Below the pieces are notes generated by a model that was not told where the DNA came from, searched no databases, and saw only the letters and a program-made list of their open reading frames with translations. From Malacoraja senta (taxonomy: Eukaryota), in contig JAXLNO010002817.1 in assembly GCA_038087875.1 (NCBI GenBank), positions 508 to 64,000 on the forward strand: 63,493 nt of DNA, read 5' to 3'. The position numbers and the translations under genes are program-made. Below, piece after piece: positions 1 through 11,614 of the stretch. Position 1 is the stretch's first letter. Each line of letters begins with the position of its first letter.

Positions 1-35
1 ATTACAGACAGTGGACTTTGTTTATGGAACTATGT

Positions 36-160
36 AGGAAGGAACTGTAGATGCTGGTTTAAACCGCAGATAGACACAAAATGCTAGAGTAACTCAACGG
101 GTTAGGCAGCATCTCTGGAGAGAAGGAATGTGTCACGTTTCCTGTCGAAACCCTTATCTA
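36..160 (-). mobile_element. Penelope-like pseudo-LTR fragment (degenerate)
   Basis: Contains gtaactcaacgggttaggcagcatctctggagagaagg. The same motif terminates the GIY-YIG-bearing element at 6765-7550 and recurs at about 1313-1380, 1540-1610 and 14402-14598. Confidence 0.6.
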
Positions 161-324
161 ATGGAACTGGTGTGCTACATTGCTGAGAACTATATGCCAC
201 ACTCTGTACCTTCCCCTTTGCTCTACCTACAGTTCTTGAGTTTGATGATCATATATATGTATTTTGTTACCTCATCCAATTGGATAGCATGCAAAACATA
301 GCTTTACACACTACCTCAGTACAT

Positions 325-618
325 GGGCAGCACAGTGGCGCAGAGGGAAAGTTGCTGCCTTACAGTACCACAGACCAAAGTTCAATCCTGACAATGGGTG
401 CTGTCTATCTAGAGTTCATATATTCTCCCTGTGACCATGTGAGTTATCTCCGGGTGATACAGTTCCGTCACATTCAAAGACGTGCAGGTTTGTAAGTTTT
501 TTGGCTTCTGTAAATTGTCCCTCGTGTGTAGGATAGAACTAATATTTGGGTGGTCGTTAGTCAGCACAGGTTCAGTGGGCCAAAAGGCCTATTTTCATGC
601 TGTACCTCGAAACTAAAC
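325..618 (+). mobile_element. tRNA-derived HE1-like (V-)SINE, diverged
   Basis: A-box-like ggcagcacagtggcgcag, B-box-like gttcaatcc, central aaagacgtgcaggtttgtaag core and ctaaac tail. Homologous to 2871-3163. Confidence 0.8.
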
Positions 619-656
619 GTGACAATAATAAACCGAAACTTATCCCTGTGCCTATC

Positions 657-708
657 TGTAGATTAGTGTCACTCATACTGTGGCTCCGCCCACAGGCTTA
701 TTAGACAG

Positions 709-739
<31 letters not shown>

Positions 740-852
740 AGACTGGTAGTAAGCATGCTGAGAAGAAAGCACCTTGTGTTTCCTCTGCAGAGTTACTAAT
801 AAAAGACTATGGATTCTAACCACTATGTGTGAGTTTGATCATTCTTCCAACA
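657..852 (+). mobile_element. Solo LTR (196 bp) with 5-bp target-site duplication
   Basis: Begins TGTA (657) and ends AACA (852), flanked on both sides by CTATC (652-656, 853-857). Has an internal GC box (ccgccc), a (CT)n tract and AATAAA about 50 nt before the 3' end. Confidence 0.8.
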
Positions 853-1312
853 CTATCTCTTGTGTTGTTACGTCTCTGGAACTAAGTGGTAGCTGCTCTT
901 AACTGTTGTAGCATAACTGTTTATGCTGAACAATTCATGAAAAAGTCTAAAAAGGATAAAAAAAACAAGTGATTCCAGCATGTTGAAAGATAATTGTGAC
1001 ATACGTAATGGGTGGCACTGCGACACAGTTCCAGTGACGAGGGTTTGATCACAATCTTGAAACAGAAAAACTTAAACTGAGGCAGGCGCCTCTACTTCAT
1101 CAATCCAGTGCTGTTATGACACTGGGCCTTAACATGAGAAATGTGAAATTGGGTATTTCCTTAGGGCAAAATCAGACTTCTCAGAGACTTGAAAGCTGCA
1201 AGATAGTCCTGAAATGTGGTGGATCTCTGCGTGCTGTTCCAGAAGAGGACGAATTGTACTTATGTACAGTATGACTTGACTGGGGAGAATGCAGAACAAC
1301 CATTTCACTGCA

Positions 1313-1402
1313 GATAGACACAAAAAGCTGGAGTAACTCAGCGGGACAGGCAGCATCTCTGGAGAGAAGGGACGGGGTGTCCAGCATCTGCTGTTCCATC
1401 CA
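1313..1402. mobile_element. Short Penelope pseudo-LTR-containing insert between 15-bp direct repeats
   Basis: AACCATTTCACTGCA occurs at 1298-1312 and 1403-1417, flanking gatagacac...gtaactcagcgggacaggcagcatctctggagagaagg. Confidence 0.55.
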
Positions 1403-1664
1403 AACCATTTCACTGCATCTCTGCAAGCATGAAACTAAACAGTGTTATATAAAATGCAGCACATACTGCAGTACTCAAGTAGGTCAGGCTGTCCTAATTT
1501 TGCAGGTGGATAACTTTACTGTAATTTAAAAAAAACACAAAAACGTGCAGGTGTAACTCAGTGGCTCAGGCAGCATCTGGAAGACATGGTTATGTAATGT
1601 TTCAGCTTGGTGTCCTTCTTCATACTTCTTGCATCTGTTCTTTCTGACTTCAACTTAACAGTTG

Positions 1665-2170
1665 AAAAGGACCATCGTGAGCCCCACCACGGGGCGTGGA
1701 CTTACCATCGGAGCGGATCCCTTGCCTGGGATCGCTCCCACCGCGGCCTGCGGACTTACCATCAAGGGCTCCCAGACTCGGGAGAGGCTAGTCGGGAGCT
1801 CCAACGCCACAGAAGGTTCGTCCAGCCCCGACGCGAGGGTCGATCGCCCGGCGCGGGGGAGCTGACAATCCCCCGATGCGGGAGCTGATCACCTCGACGC
1901 GGAGGGCCCGAACGCCGCCGGCTACGGGACTCAAGACCGTCCGTTCAACGGGGGCTCGAGGCCCCCGACCAAGGAAGAACAACAAGGGAAGGACTTGGAA
2001 CTTTATTTTCGCCTTTCATCACAGTGAGGAATGTGTAGGAGTCACTATGATGGATGTTTATGTCAAAATGTGTTTTTGAGTCTGTTGCTTTTTAAAATTG
2101 TATGACTGACCTGGCCAGTGAATTTTACTACACCAATTGGTGTATGTGACAATAAATGAACATGAACTTA
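1665..2170 (+). mobile_element. GC-rich non-coding retroposon family, copy 1 (unclassified)
   Basis: GC-rich body with repeated ggacttaccatc. The 3' end ...gcctttcatcacagtgaggaat...tgtgacaataaa plus a short tandem tail is shared with 7860-8350, 10915-11412 and (reverse) 11615-12790. Confidence 0.6.
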
Positions 2171-2194
2171 TGAAATGACCAGTTCTTTTATCGA

Positions 2195-2785
2195 CAGGGA
2201 ATACAACTCGTTGAATGTGGAATGGAGTGTGAAAGGCTGCAACATGTCAAGGCAGAAGCTGAGTTGTTGGTCCTCAAGGTTACTTTCACCCTTGTTATCC
2301 TAGTGTACAGCAGATGGATGGATCATGGTGGGTGTTGAATGGAGAATTAAAGTGGCAGGAATTAGGAATCTTAGAAAGTCCCATGGATTGAATGCAGGTT
2401 CTCCAGAAAGCAGCCATTCTATTTGTTTCATTGATGCAATGTGGAAGATTACGTCATGAAAACTAAATGCAGTAGATTTGACTGGAAGTCCAAGTGTTTC
2501 ACGCTGTTTCACTTTGAAGAACTGCCTGGGTCTATGGACAGTGGGAAGGGAAGAGGTAAATGGATAGATGTTGCATGCACCAAGACAGGAAAGTAGAGGA
2601 AAGTTGTGGGGATAGTAGACAGACCAGGGAGTGAAAAAGGGAATGACTACTTCAAAATATAGAATAGGGAGCAGGGCAGGAGGGGAGGGAGAAATGGATT
2701 GACAAATTGAATCAGATTTAAACTGGGAGTAAGTATTCAACATGGAGGCTGGAGGAGTGGAAAACATATCTCTGCCCTGTCCAAT
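2195..2785 (-). mobile_element. Old, degenerate Penelope-like remnant
   Basis: 2461-2580 aligns by eye to 7250-7375 (aactaaatgcagtagatttgactggaagtccaagtg vs aactgaaacagcggatacagtacatgaggttggaagaggtgcaagtg). Confidence 0.45.
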
Positions 2786-2787
2786 GA

Positions 2788-3400
2788 GAATATATAGAAC
2801 ATAGAACAGTACAAGAACAGGACTTTCAGCCTGCAATGTCCATGTGGAACAGGATACCAAGTTAAACTAAGGCAACACAGAGGCACAGTGATAGAGTGGC
2901 TGTCTTACAGCATTAGAGACCCGGGTTCGATCCTGACTAGAGTGCTGTCTGGACGGAGTTTGTACGTTCTCTCTGTCACCCCGTGGGTTTTCTCTGGGGG
3001 CTCCGGTTTCCTCCCAAATACAAAAGACGTGCAGGTTTGTAGGTTAATTGGCTTCTGTAAATTGTCCCTAGCTTGTAGGACAAAAATAGTGAATGGGCAA
3101 TTGCTGGTCAGTGCAGACTCAGTGGCCCAAAGATCCTGTTTCCATACTCTATCTCTAAACTAAACCAAAACTAATCTCCACTGCCTGCATGTGATCCATA
3201 TCCTTGTATTCCCTGCACATTCACAAGCCTGTCCAAAACCTTCTTAAGCACCATTATCATGTCCTCCTCTACCACCACTCCTGGTAGCGCATTCTAGGTA
3301 TCAAGCTCTCTCTGCAAAAAAACACTTGACCTGCACATCTCGTGTAAATGTTGCCCTTCGAAGCTTAACGCTGTGCTCTTTTGAGATGTGTGATAGACAT
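2788..3400 (-). mobile_element. CR1 LINE 3' fragment interrupted by a SINE
   Basis: catagaacatagaac tail at the left end. The CR1-type 3' UTR continues after the SINE, and aactaa occurs on both sides of the SINE. Confidence 0.6.
2871..3163 (+). mobile_element. tRNA-derived HE1-like (V-)SINE
   Basis: A box ggcacagtgatagag, B box gggttcgatcc, core ctccggtttcctccca...aaagacgtgcaggtttgtaggttaattggc and (ctaaa)n tail. Confidence 0.88.
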
Positions 3401-3479
3401 GCAATCCCATTAGGGGCTGTCAACTGTGGTCAATAAAATCCATGGTTAACTAATATGAAAGACATCAATTACACTTTCT

Positions 3480-5433
3480 CCCTGTCAAACAGGGATGTAT
3501 TGCTGAGGTTCTATAAGGCGCCGGTCAAGCCACATTTGGAGCATTGTGAGCAATTTTGGGCACCATATCTGAGGAAGGATGTGCTGGCTCTGGAGAGGGT
3601 CCAGAGGAGGTGTACAAGAATGATCCCAGGAATGAGTGGGTTAACATATGATGACCATTTGATGGCAGTGGGCCTGTACTTGCTGGAGTTTAGAAGAATA
3701 AGGGGGGACCTCATTGAATCATACAAAATAGTGAAAAACTCTTTGCCTTTTGAAATTGGTTCAATTATGTTTGCTCCCACAAAATTGCATTAAAAAAACT
3801 ATAGTGAAAATCCTGTAATATATAGTGGTAAACGAATTTGAAAACAATTAAAAAAGACTTTAAAATTGGATAATTTATCACTCTGTCTTCCCATTATAAA
3901 CAACCCTTTATTCAAACCTTCCATGTTGGATAAAGGCTTTACACAATGGAAAAATTATGGAATTAAAAAGATGGGACATCTTTATAGGAAAGGCACTTTT
4001 CTTTCAGTTCAGGAGTTACAACAGATTTACGGACTACACTCAAATAACTTTTTCAGATATTTACAACTTAAAGATTACATTAAATCAAATACACAAGATT
4101 ACAGAACTAGGGAACCGGATGAATTCCTTGATGAATGTTTGAATAAACATCCTAATACAGAAAAATTAATATCTCATATTTATAATACCCTCTTAGATAG
4201 TGAGGTCTCGCCGACGGATTTATATAGACACACATGGGAAAATGAATTAGGCCAACCCATAACGAAAGATATTTGGGACGAAAGTCTACAATATATACAT
4301 CAATGCTCGTTAAATGCCAGACATGCTTTAATACAATTTAAAGTATTACATAGATTACATTATTCTTAAACAATATTAAATAGAATCTTCCCATATATCT
4401 CTCCTATTTGTGATAAATGCCAGCATTTAGAGGCTAACTTAACTCATACCTTTGTAAATTGTATAAAAATCAAAAAATTCTGTCCGGAGATTTTCAGAAT
4501 AATTTCTGAATTAGTCAATTGGATCCCGACTCAAAACTAATAATATTAGGAATATCAGAACAAAGCCTAAGACTTACAATAAACCAAAGAAACTTTCTTG
4601 ATTATAGTATAATAATTGGGAAAAAATTAATATAAACATTTTGGAAAGGTCCTATAACCCCCACAATTAAAATGTGGATTATGGAAATGTCAGAGACCTT
4701 ACATTTGGAAAGAACTAGACTTGTCTTAATTGACAAACATGAATTATTTAATAGAATATGGTCTCCATTTATTGATTTTTTGAAAGGGTAAATTGGTTCA
4801 GCATGGGAATCTGACTGAAATCCAAGCTCAGGATTAGATGAATAGTTTATGCTTTATAACTTACGGACCTATCTCCAAAGTTGTATTATTGGTTAATTAT
4901 TCCATTCTTCTTTATCATGCCTTTTTTTTTAAATTTCTCACTTTCTATCTATAAAACAAAACTAAATAGAAGCAGATTTAATATACAATTGATAAATGAG
5001 GACCACTATTATTTTGATAGCTGGACTCCCACCTATTAGCAAAGTAGGATTGATATATAAGCAATGTTTGTATTATGATATGCACATGCTTCTAATAACA
5101 ATATTTTAAAAACAAAAAAATAGTGAAAGGCTTGGATAGATGTGGATGTGGAGAGGATGTCTCCAATGGTGGGAGAGTCTACGACGAGAGGTCATAGTCT
5201 CAATATTAAAGGACATTCCTTTAGGAAAGAGATGAGGATGAATTTATTTTGTCAGAGGGTGGTGATTCAATGGATATTTTTAATTCTTGATTAGTATGCA
5301 CGTCAGGGGTTATGGGGAGAAGGCAGGAGAATGGGGTTAGGAGGGAGAGATAGATCAGCCATGATTGACTGGCGAAGTCGACTTGATGGGCCGAATGTTC
5401 TAATGCTGCAGCCATCACTTATGACCTTATGAC
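3480..5433 (+). mobile_element. CR1 LINE 3' fragment (RT C-terminus) split by an L1 insertion
   Basis: Peptide RDVLLRFYKAPVKPHLEHCEQFWAPYLRKDVLALERVQRR...RGDLIESYKIVK. It resumes at 5117 (ggcttggatag...) and ends in a (ttatgac)n tail. Confidence 0.88.
3737..5116 (+). mobile_element. 5'-truncated L1-clade LINE (ORF2 C-terminus, 3' UTR, A-tail) with 12-bp TSD
   Basis: ORF 3866-4369 (NNPLFKPS...QLKDYI...QFKVLHRLHY) is followed by a Cys-rich region. AAAATAGTGAAA occurs at 3725-3736 and 5117-5128. Same family as 31471-35265. Confidence 0.88.
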
Positions 5434-5745
5434 TCAGTTGGCTTCCTCCATGTGCTCCAGTTTTGTCCCATATACCAAAGACGTGCCAGTGAGTTAGTTG
5501 GACATTGCAAATTATCCGTCGTGGAGCTGAATGCAAGGAGAATCCGAGGGACCTGCGTGCAAGTTGTGAGAGAGAGCTGTGGAACAGTTTGTCGACATTG
5601 CATAGAAAACTAGCATAGAATCAATGGGCCGAATGACCTTTCCCTCTGTCATGATTGGGTCAGAGATAATATTACTCATTGCCTCAGAGTGAAATATTAC
5701 TCATTGCCTATCATCACAAAACAACATCCTTTCTTCTGAACTCAC

Positions 5746-6021
5746 CTTTTCTGGTCAGGTATGTCTTTCCAATTGCATAGTATGTAAGCCATAGATCCAC
5801 ACAGTCATGTTCTAACAAGCTCTTGAAATAACGGTTCATTTTTTCATTCTTGTCCCATTTCTCTTTGAAGGGCTCAGCTATTGGACCATGCACCGTCCAC
5901 TTTAGTTTGTCCTTATCAAAACTAAATGCATATCTTCCATCAAAAGCCAACTTCAATATCCCTACAGTGGGACTGTGATCGTCCACCTCACAACCAAACT
6001 GTCCTTGAACGTAGTGATAAT
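5746..6021 (-). CDS. MHC class I-like heavy chain, alpha-2 domain exon (nonclassical type)
   Basis: Acceptor tttttatttttatttcag, exon of exactly 276 nt, donor G|GTGAGT, phase 1 at both ends. Translation (D)YHYVQGQFGCEVDDHSPTVGILKLAFDGRYAFSFDKDKLKWTVHGPIAEPFKEKWDKNEKMNRYFKSLLEHDCVDLWLTYYAIGKTYLTRK. It has H93, Q96, G100-C101, A117-F-D119-G120, W133, K146-W147, C164, Y171 and G175-K176 (HLA numbering by eye). Open frame with no stops. Confidence 0.93.
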
Positions 6022-6174
6022 CTGAAATAAAAATAAAAATCATTATTTGATTAATTGTTATGACTGGGTAATTTCTGAACACCAGGGTCCAAGTCATTTA
6101 TATATGTCACAAGTAGCAAGGGTCACAGCACAGATCCCTGCAGAACTCTACTTGTCACTGAACTACAGCCTGAA

Positions 6175-6635
6175 TATTTGGCCTTCCGTACAACTGTAGA
6201 GACCATATTATTGTACGGGTGTGAGGCATGGACTCTCACTCCAGCACTGTCCAAGTCTCTCGATGGTACCTACACCCGAATGCTCGGAAAAGTTCAAAAT
6301 GTCAGATGGAGGGACCACATCACCAACGCCCAGCTCTATGGGTAGAATCCACCTCTGACCGAGAAGATCACGTTGAGAAGGATGAGGCTCGCAGGTCACT
6401 GGCTCCGCCACCCAGAAATGCCAGCAAACAAGGTTGTGCTGTGGGAACCCACCCATGGAAGACTTGACCCAGGATGGCCAATCAAGACGATGGTGAAGAC
6501 GTTGATGGAAGACGCATGTGTAGAGATAAACGAGGCGCCTGCCAGCTGCATGGAGGAGAGATGTGTGGTGCGTCCGTCACCGTGCCCGTCGGAAACCAGC
6601 ACGGCACTAATGTTTTCAACGATTATTATTATCAT
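6175..6635 (+). mobile_element. RTE-clade LINE 3' fragment
   Basis: ETILLYGCEAWTLT...LDGTYTRML...W.DHITN..LYG...RRMRLAGHWLRHPE.PA.KVVLWEP is typical of RTE ORF C-termini. Ends in a (TTA)n tail at about 6622-6635. Confidence 0.8.
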
Positions 6636-6764
6636 CCACTACACCCCTCTGTCCTGGGGATTTATCCACATTTCTCTTCAAGTGATCCAACATCTCCTTC
6701 TTGCTTAACTTCAAAGTGTCCCTGCATGTTAGCATTCTCCACATTGATTCTCCATGTGTAAGAA

Positions 6765-7550
6765 AGAAATGCAGATGCTGCAAATGTTAAAATCGAAGAG
6801 AGACACAAAATGCTGGCGTAACTCAGCGGGTCAGGCAGCTTCCCTGGAGAGATGGAATGGGCATTGTTTTGGGTCGAGACCCTTCTTTAGACTGATGTCA
6901 GGGGAGGGACAAAGATAGAATGTCGGCGGAGACAGTAAGACTGGTGGCAGAATTGAGAAGGGGGAGGGGATGGAGAGAGAAATCAAGGGCTATCGAAAGT
7001 AATAGAAGTCAATGTTCATATCGCTGGAGTATAGACTACCCAAGCGAAATATGAGGTGCTGTTCCTCCAATTTGGGCTGGCCTCACTCGGACAATGGAGG
7101 AGGCCCAGGACAGAAAGGTCAGATTGGGAATGGGAGGGGGAGTTGAAGTGCTGAGCCACCGGGAGATCGGGTAGGGTAAGACGGACTGAGGGGAAGTGTT
7201 CAGCAAAACGATCGCCGAGACCGCGCTTGGTCTCACTGATGTAGAGAACTGAAACAGCGGATACAGTACATGAGGTTGGAAGAGGTGCAAGTGAACTTCT
7301 GCCTCACCTGGAATGACTTTAGGTCCTTGGACAGAGTCGAGGGGGGACGTACAGGGACAGGTGTTGCATCTCCTGCTGTTGCAGGGGAAAGTATCCGGGG
7401 AGCGGGTGGTTTGGGTGTGAAGGGACGAGTTGACCAGGGAGTTTCGGAGGGAACGGTCTCTGCGGAAAGCAGAAAGGGGTGGAGATGGGAAGATGTGACC
7501 AGTAGTGGGATCCCGTTGGAGGTGGCAAAAATGTTGGAGGATTTTATGAT
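6765..7550 (-). mobile_element. Penelope-like element 3' part (GIY-YIG endonuclease remnant plus pseudo-LTR)
   Basis: The minus strand reads FQVRQKFTCTSSNLMYCIRC...(LYI)...DLPVAQHFNSPSHSQSDLSVLGLLHC..A..KLEEQHLIFRLGSL. The pseudo-LTR motif lies at 6790-6900. Confidence 0.85.
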
Positions 7551-7859
7551 GTACTTACTATTAATGGTCCTTACTATTCTACATGTCTTCCTTGGTGAAA
7601 CCAAACCTCGCCTATATCCACAAACTCCAAGCACATATTCCCTTCTATATCCTTAAGCAATCCACCTTTTGCTGTAATGGTTGCCTCGCCAACAGTATGT
7701 CTGTCCCTTCCTTCTTTGTGTCTTTGTACGTGTTAAATGTATATTCTTTAGTGTTCTTTAGCTTGTTTTGGGGTGGGGGGGGGTGGGGGAGTTGTGGGAA
7801 ACTTTTCCTAATCTCTTACCTCGACGTTGATGCGATATTTTCTGTATCGTATCTCCGTC

Positions 7860-8350
7860 CACAATGCGGCCTAACATTGAGGAATGGCGGCCTTTGCTAG
7901 AGATCGACCGGGAGATCCATCGCAGGAGCTTGTGGACTTACCACCATGGAGATCGCAATCCCTGTCGGGGATCGACTTTAGGGCTCCAACTGTGAGAGGC
8001 TGCAAGACATTAACATCGCGGAGCCCGCGGTCCTCGGTCGAGACCGACATCCGGGACCTCCAAGCCGCAGGAGTTTCGACTGCTCCGATGTGGGAGTTTC
8101 GATTCCAGGTTTCGACCACCGACTGCAGATTGTTTGACTGCCCCGACCGCGGGAGATAAAGAGGAAGGAGATTAGACTTTATTGCCTTCTCTCACAGTGA
8201 GGAACGTGCGGGCTCCTCTGTTGTGGATGTTTATGTTAACTTTTACGTTATTGGGTATCTTGTTGCTTTTTTTTGTATGGTGTATGGTAGTCTGCATTTC
8301 AATGTACCTTAATTGGTATATGTGACAATAAACTAACCATGAAACCTTGA
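7860..8350 (+). mobile_element. GC-rich non-coding retroposon family, copy 2
   Basis: tgtggacttaccacc body and the 3' end ttgccttctctcacagtgaggaac...atgtgacaataaactaaccatgaaacc. Confidence 0.6.
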
Positions 8351-8557
8351 AAAAGATGTGGGATTTTCTGTAATCCGACTCACTAAAGCCACTTTGTGGC
8401 CTTTATTTGCCCCTTTACTTTTAAGCATTAGAGCAGTTGTTCTTAACCTTTTTGGCCCCACGACCCCATCAGGCATTCTTGATCAGTACCGTGACTTCTG
8501 AAACAAAATTTGAAAAAAAACAGCCCGATTTATTAAAACATGTCTGCCATTGCTCAG

Positions 8558-10317
8558 TCAATGGGATGGCTGAAATTGCTTCGCAGTCATCAGGCAATCA
8601 AAACATGGACGAATGCTCGACAGGCAGCATCTCATGTCAGTGTCGATCACAAGCCTATTGCGTACCTTCGTTTTCAGAGTTACCATAGTTGAGAATCCAC
8701 CCTCACAGTGAGAGGTTGAGGGGGACTGGAACAATAGGGTCAGGGCCCTATTTGAAAGAGCAGGACAGTCCTTCACTTTCAGCCAAAACGTGGCGAGCTC
8801 TTGTTCCATGAAGTCACTCTTGAGCTGCGCATCTTCAAGAATTCGGTAAAATTCAACCTTCGCAGTCACGTCAGTATCACTGATGCCACCATCTTCAACG
8901 GAAAAGGGTCGGATGATCCACTGATCACGAGAGCGGTCGTCCAGTCCGAGGAAGTAACGTTCGATGGCTTCACTAATTGCCAGAAGGTGGGTTGAGATCT
9001 CCTCGTGGAAGTGGCATTCAGCATCAGGCGTAGCATCCAGGAGAGTCGTCATCTCAGGGAAGATAGCCGTGTCACCATCCTGGACTCTTCTCTGGTAAAG
9101 GTTCCTCCTGAATGCTGCCACTTTGCCACAAGCTGTGTGTAGCATTGGGATGTTTCCTTGAAATTAGAGGTTCAAGGAATTCACCTCAGCGAAGAAGTCA
9201 GCCAAGTAAGCAACCTTCATCACGAACAGTTCATCCTGCATCTTTTCATGAAGCTGATTCTCCTTCTCAGTACACCTTCTCTCCAAGAACAGCGCTATTT
9301 CCACTCGAAGTTGAATCACATGATTGAGAACTTTACCACGCAAAAGCCAGCGCACTTCTGTGTGGAATAACAGAATAGTGAAATCGGCGCCCATTTCTTC
9401 ACACATCGCTTGAAGATTCTTGAGTTTGTTGCGCTCTCGGATGTGGTTCACAATCTTCACCACACCTGAAAGCACTTCTCGAAGACCAAGAGGGAGAGTC
9501 TTCATCGCTAAAGCATGGCGATGTATCATGCAGTGGGTGAAGGAGACATGGGGAGCGACATCCTTCACGAAGGCTTGGAAACCGGTTCTGCAACCGACCA
9601 TGGAAGGTGCCCCAACTGTACACGTCCCAACAAGGCATTCCCAGCCAAGCTCATGTTTGATGAGGAAGGCTTCCAGCATTCTGAACACATCTTCTTCCTG
9701 AGTGGTAGTAGCCAATGGCTCCGAGAACAGGTACTCCTCCATTGAGGTAACGAACGTAGACTAGCAGTTGGGAACATGAGGCAACATCTGTTGACTCGCC
9801 CAGTTGCAGTGAATACACTGGACTGCTCGTCACAGCCCTCACTACTTCCAGCAGAATATCATTACCCATATCCGAGATTCTACTTTTGACTGTGTCATTC
9901 AAAAGGGAAATCTGTCTGAACTTGTTTGACTGCTGTTCCCCCAGCACCGCTGCTTCGAGAAGGCATGGCTTGATAAGCGCTTCACCGATGCTGTGAGGTT
10001 TCTTAGTCTGTGTGATTCGATAAGCAATCCGGTATGAAGCCTGCAACGCTGCTTCATTTTGATGAGCGAGTGACCCGTTGAATAGATGCGGGATCCCTTG
10101 AGTACGGCTTCTTTTCGTTTGAAATAGTCCACGCTCTTCCCCGCCAGGTTGCTGTGACAAGACACCAAATGGATCTTCAGTTTGCTGGGCTTCATGCTCT
10201 CGTGACTCTAAACCTTAACACAGAGAACACATTGCAGCATGACCACGGATTTTGAACAATGCTTGTGAAGCCGAACTTGGGAAATGCTTCACTATACGTG
10301 CGCGTCTTGGAAGACAT
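8558..10317 (-). pseudogene. Buster/ZBED5-family hAT transposase, frameshifted
   Basis: Starts MSSKTRTYSEAFPKFGFT. Has a BED finger (CVLC...SHESMKPSKLKIHLVSCH), YSLQLGES(T)DVAS, CTVGAPSMVG, THCMIHRHALA, LLFHTEVRWLLRG, AYLADFF and a C-terminal CEGGFSTM...K.RNRL dimerisation motif, split over four ORFs. Confidence 0.93.
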
Positions 10318-10914
10318 GGTTCACAACACACACTGTTTGTGCGTGTATATGCAGGGCCTCAGAGGAATTTTATCAGTGGGTACAAAGCATCTTTTGGGCC
10401 CCCTTCCCTTCTCCATTAGTCATCCTGTTTTTATCCACTATGCTACAGTTTTATGCCATGAGCTGTAGCGTGCACGGCAAAAAGGGGTATGGAAGATGAG
10501 AGAGGGGTGGAATGGGGCGCTCTGTTGATTTTCTGCATTTGAGGCCTTATGTCCCTATACACCCTCCATGATAAATATAAATAAATATAAATAAAATAAA
10601 AGGATCAGAAAGCACATTTGTTTTCCTTCACTCTATAAATGCTGCCTCACCCGTTGAGTTTCTCCAGCATTTTATCTACCTTTGTTTTGAACATCTTTGT
10701 TTATGCTACAATACAGATAAGGAGAAAGAATTCACATTGAAACATCCTTTTATGTTTCAATGCAGATCATATCATCAAAGGACATAATTATTAGTAAAAA
10801 GTAAAAGATTTATTATATAAATTTACTTTATATAAAGAGGTTTCCTGGCCTTTTTTGTGAAAAATGTCAAATCACAGCATGAAAATGTATTGTTCTGGCA
10901 ATGTTTGATTCAAT

Positions 10915-11412
10915 ACTATTGATTCAATACGTTGACACCGTGGAGCTGTGGTCTGCGGAGCTTCTAGCCGCTGGCGTGGCGTGGACTTGCCATCCAGAGT
11001 CTGGAATCCCTCGCCGGGGGTCACCAGAGACGAGCTCGAACCGCTGGCCTGCGGCTTATAACATCCTAAAGCTGCGGTCTCCACTAGGAAAGTGCCGAGT
11101 CGGGACCTCCAAGCCGCAGAGTGTGTTTGTCCGTCCCAACGTCGGAGTTTGGATCATCCCGACGAGAGTGCCTTGTACATCGGGCCGTCCCTAGCGGCGA
11201 CTATGGAGGGGTTATGGCCCCGAACACGGGTGAACAAAGGAGGACGACTGGCTGAAACTTGTTGCCTTCCACCACAGTGAAGAATGCTGTAGTGGATGTT
11301 TGTGTTCAATTTTATTGTGTATTGTGTGTTCTTTTTACGTGTATCACTGCTGGCAAATTCATTTCACTGCACCTTTGGGTATATGTGATGAATAAAACTG
11401 ACTTTGACTTTG
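10915..11412 (+). mobile_element. GC-rich non-coding retroposon family, copy 3
   Basis: gtggacttgccatcc body and the 3' end ttgccttccaccacagtgaagaatgc...atgtgatgaataaaactgactttgactttga. Confidence 0.6.
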
Positions 11413-11614
11413 AATACTTAGCCTGGCCAAATCCACAAGACGTTCATGAGACATTGTCGACCTTAAATAATTCTTAATCAGCTTGAGTTTGCTAAATGAC
11501 CTCTGCAGAAGCTACTGTTGCTGGAATTGTTAATAGTATTCTGAAGCTAACACAAACATTTGGAAACAGGTTACCAAGGCAATAGTCTGTTAACAAGTTC
11601 AACAGATCTAATGG

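Noticed and set aside
1129-1290. Possible alpha-3 exon (acceptor-like ...ctccccag; *FCPKEI resembling GFYPKEI)
   Set aside because: Stops in the relevant frames, and no following W or second Cys motif of an Ig-C1 domain.
2871-2945. tRNA gene
   Set aside because: A/B boxes are the head of a SINE; no cloverleaf or terminator, and the SINE body follows.
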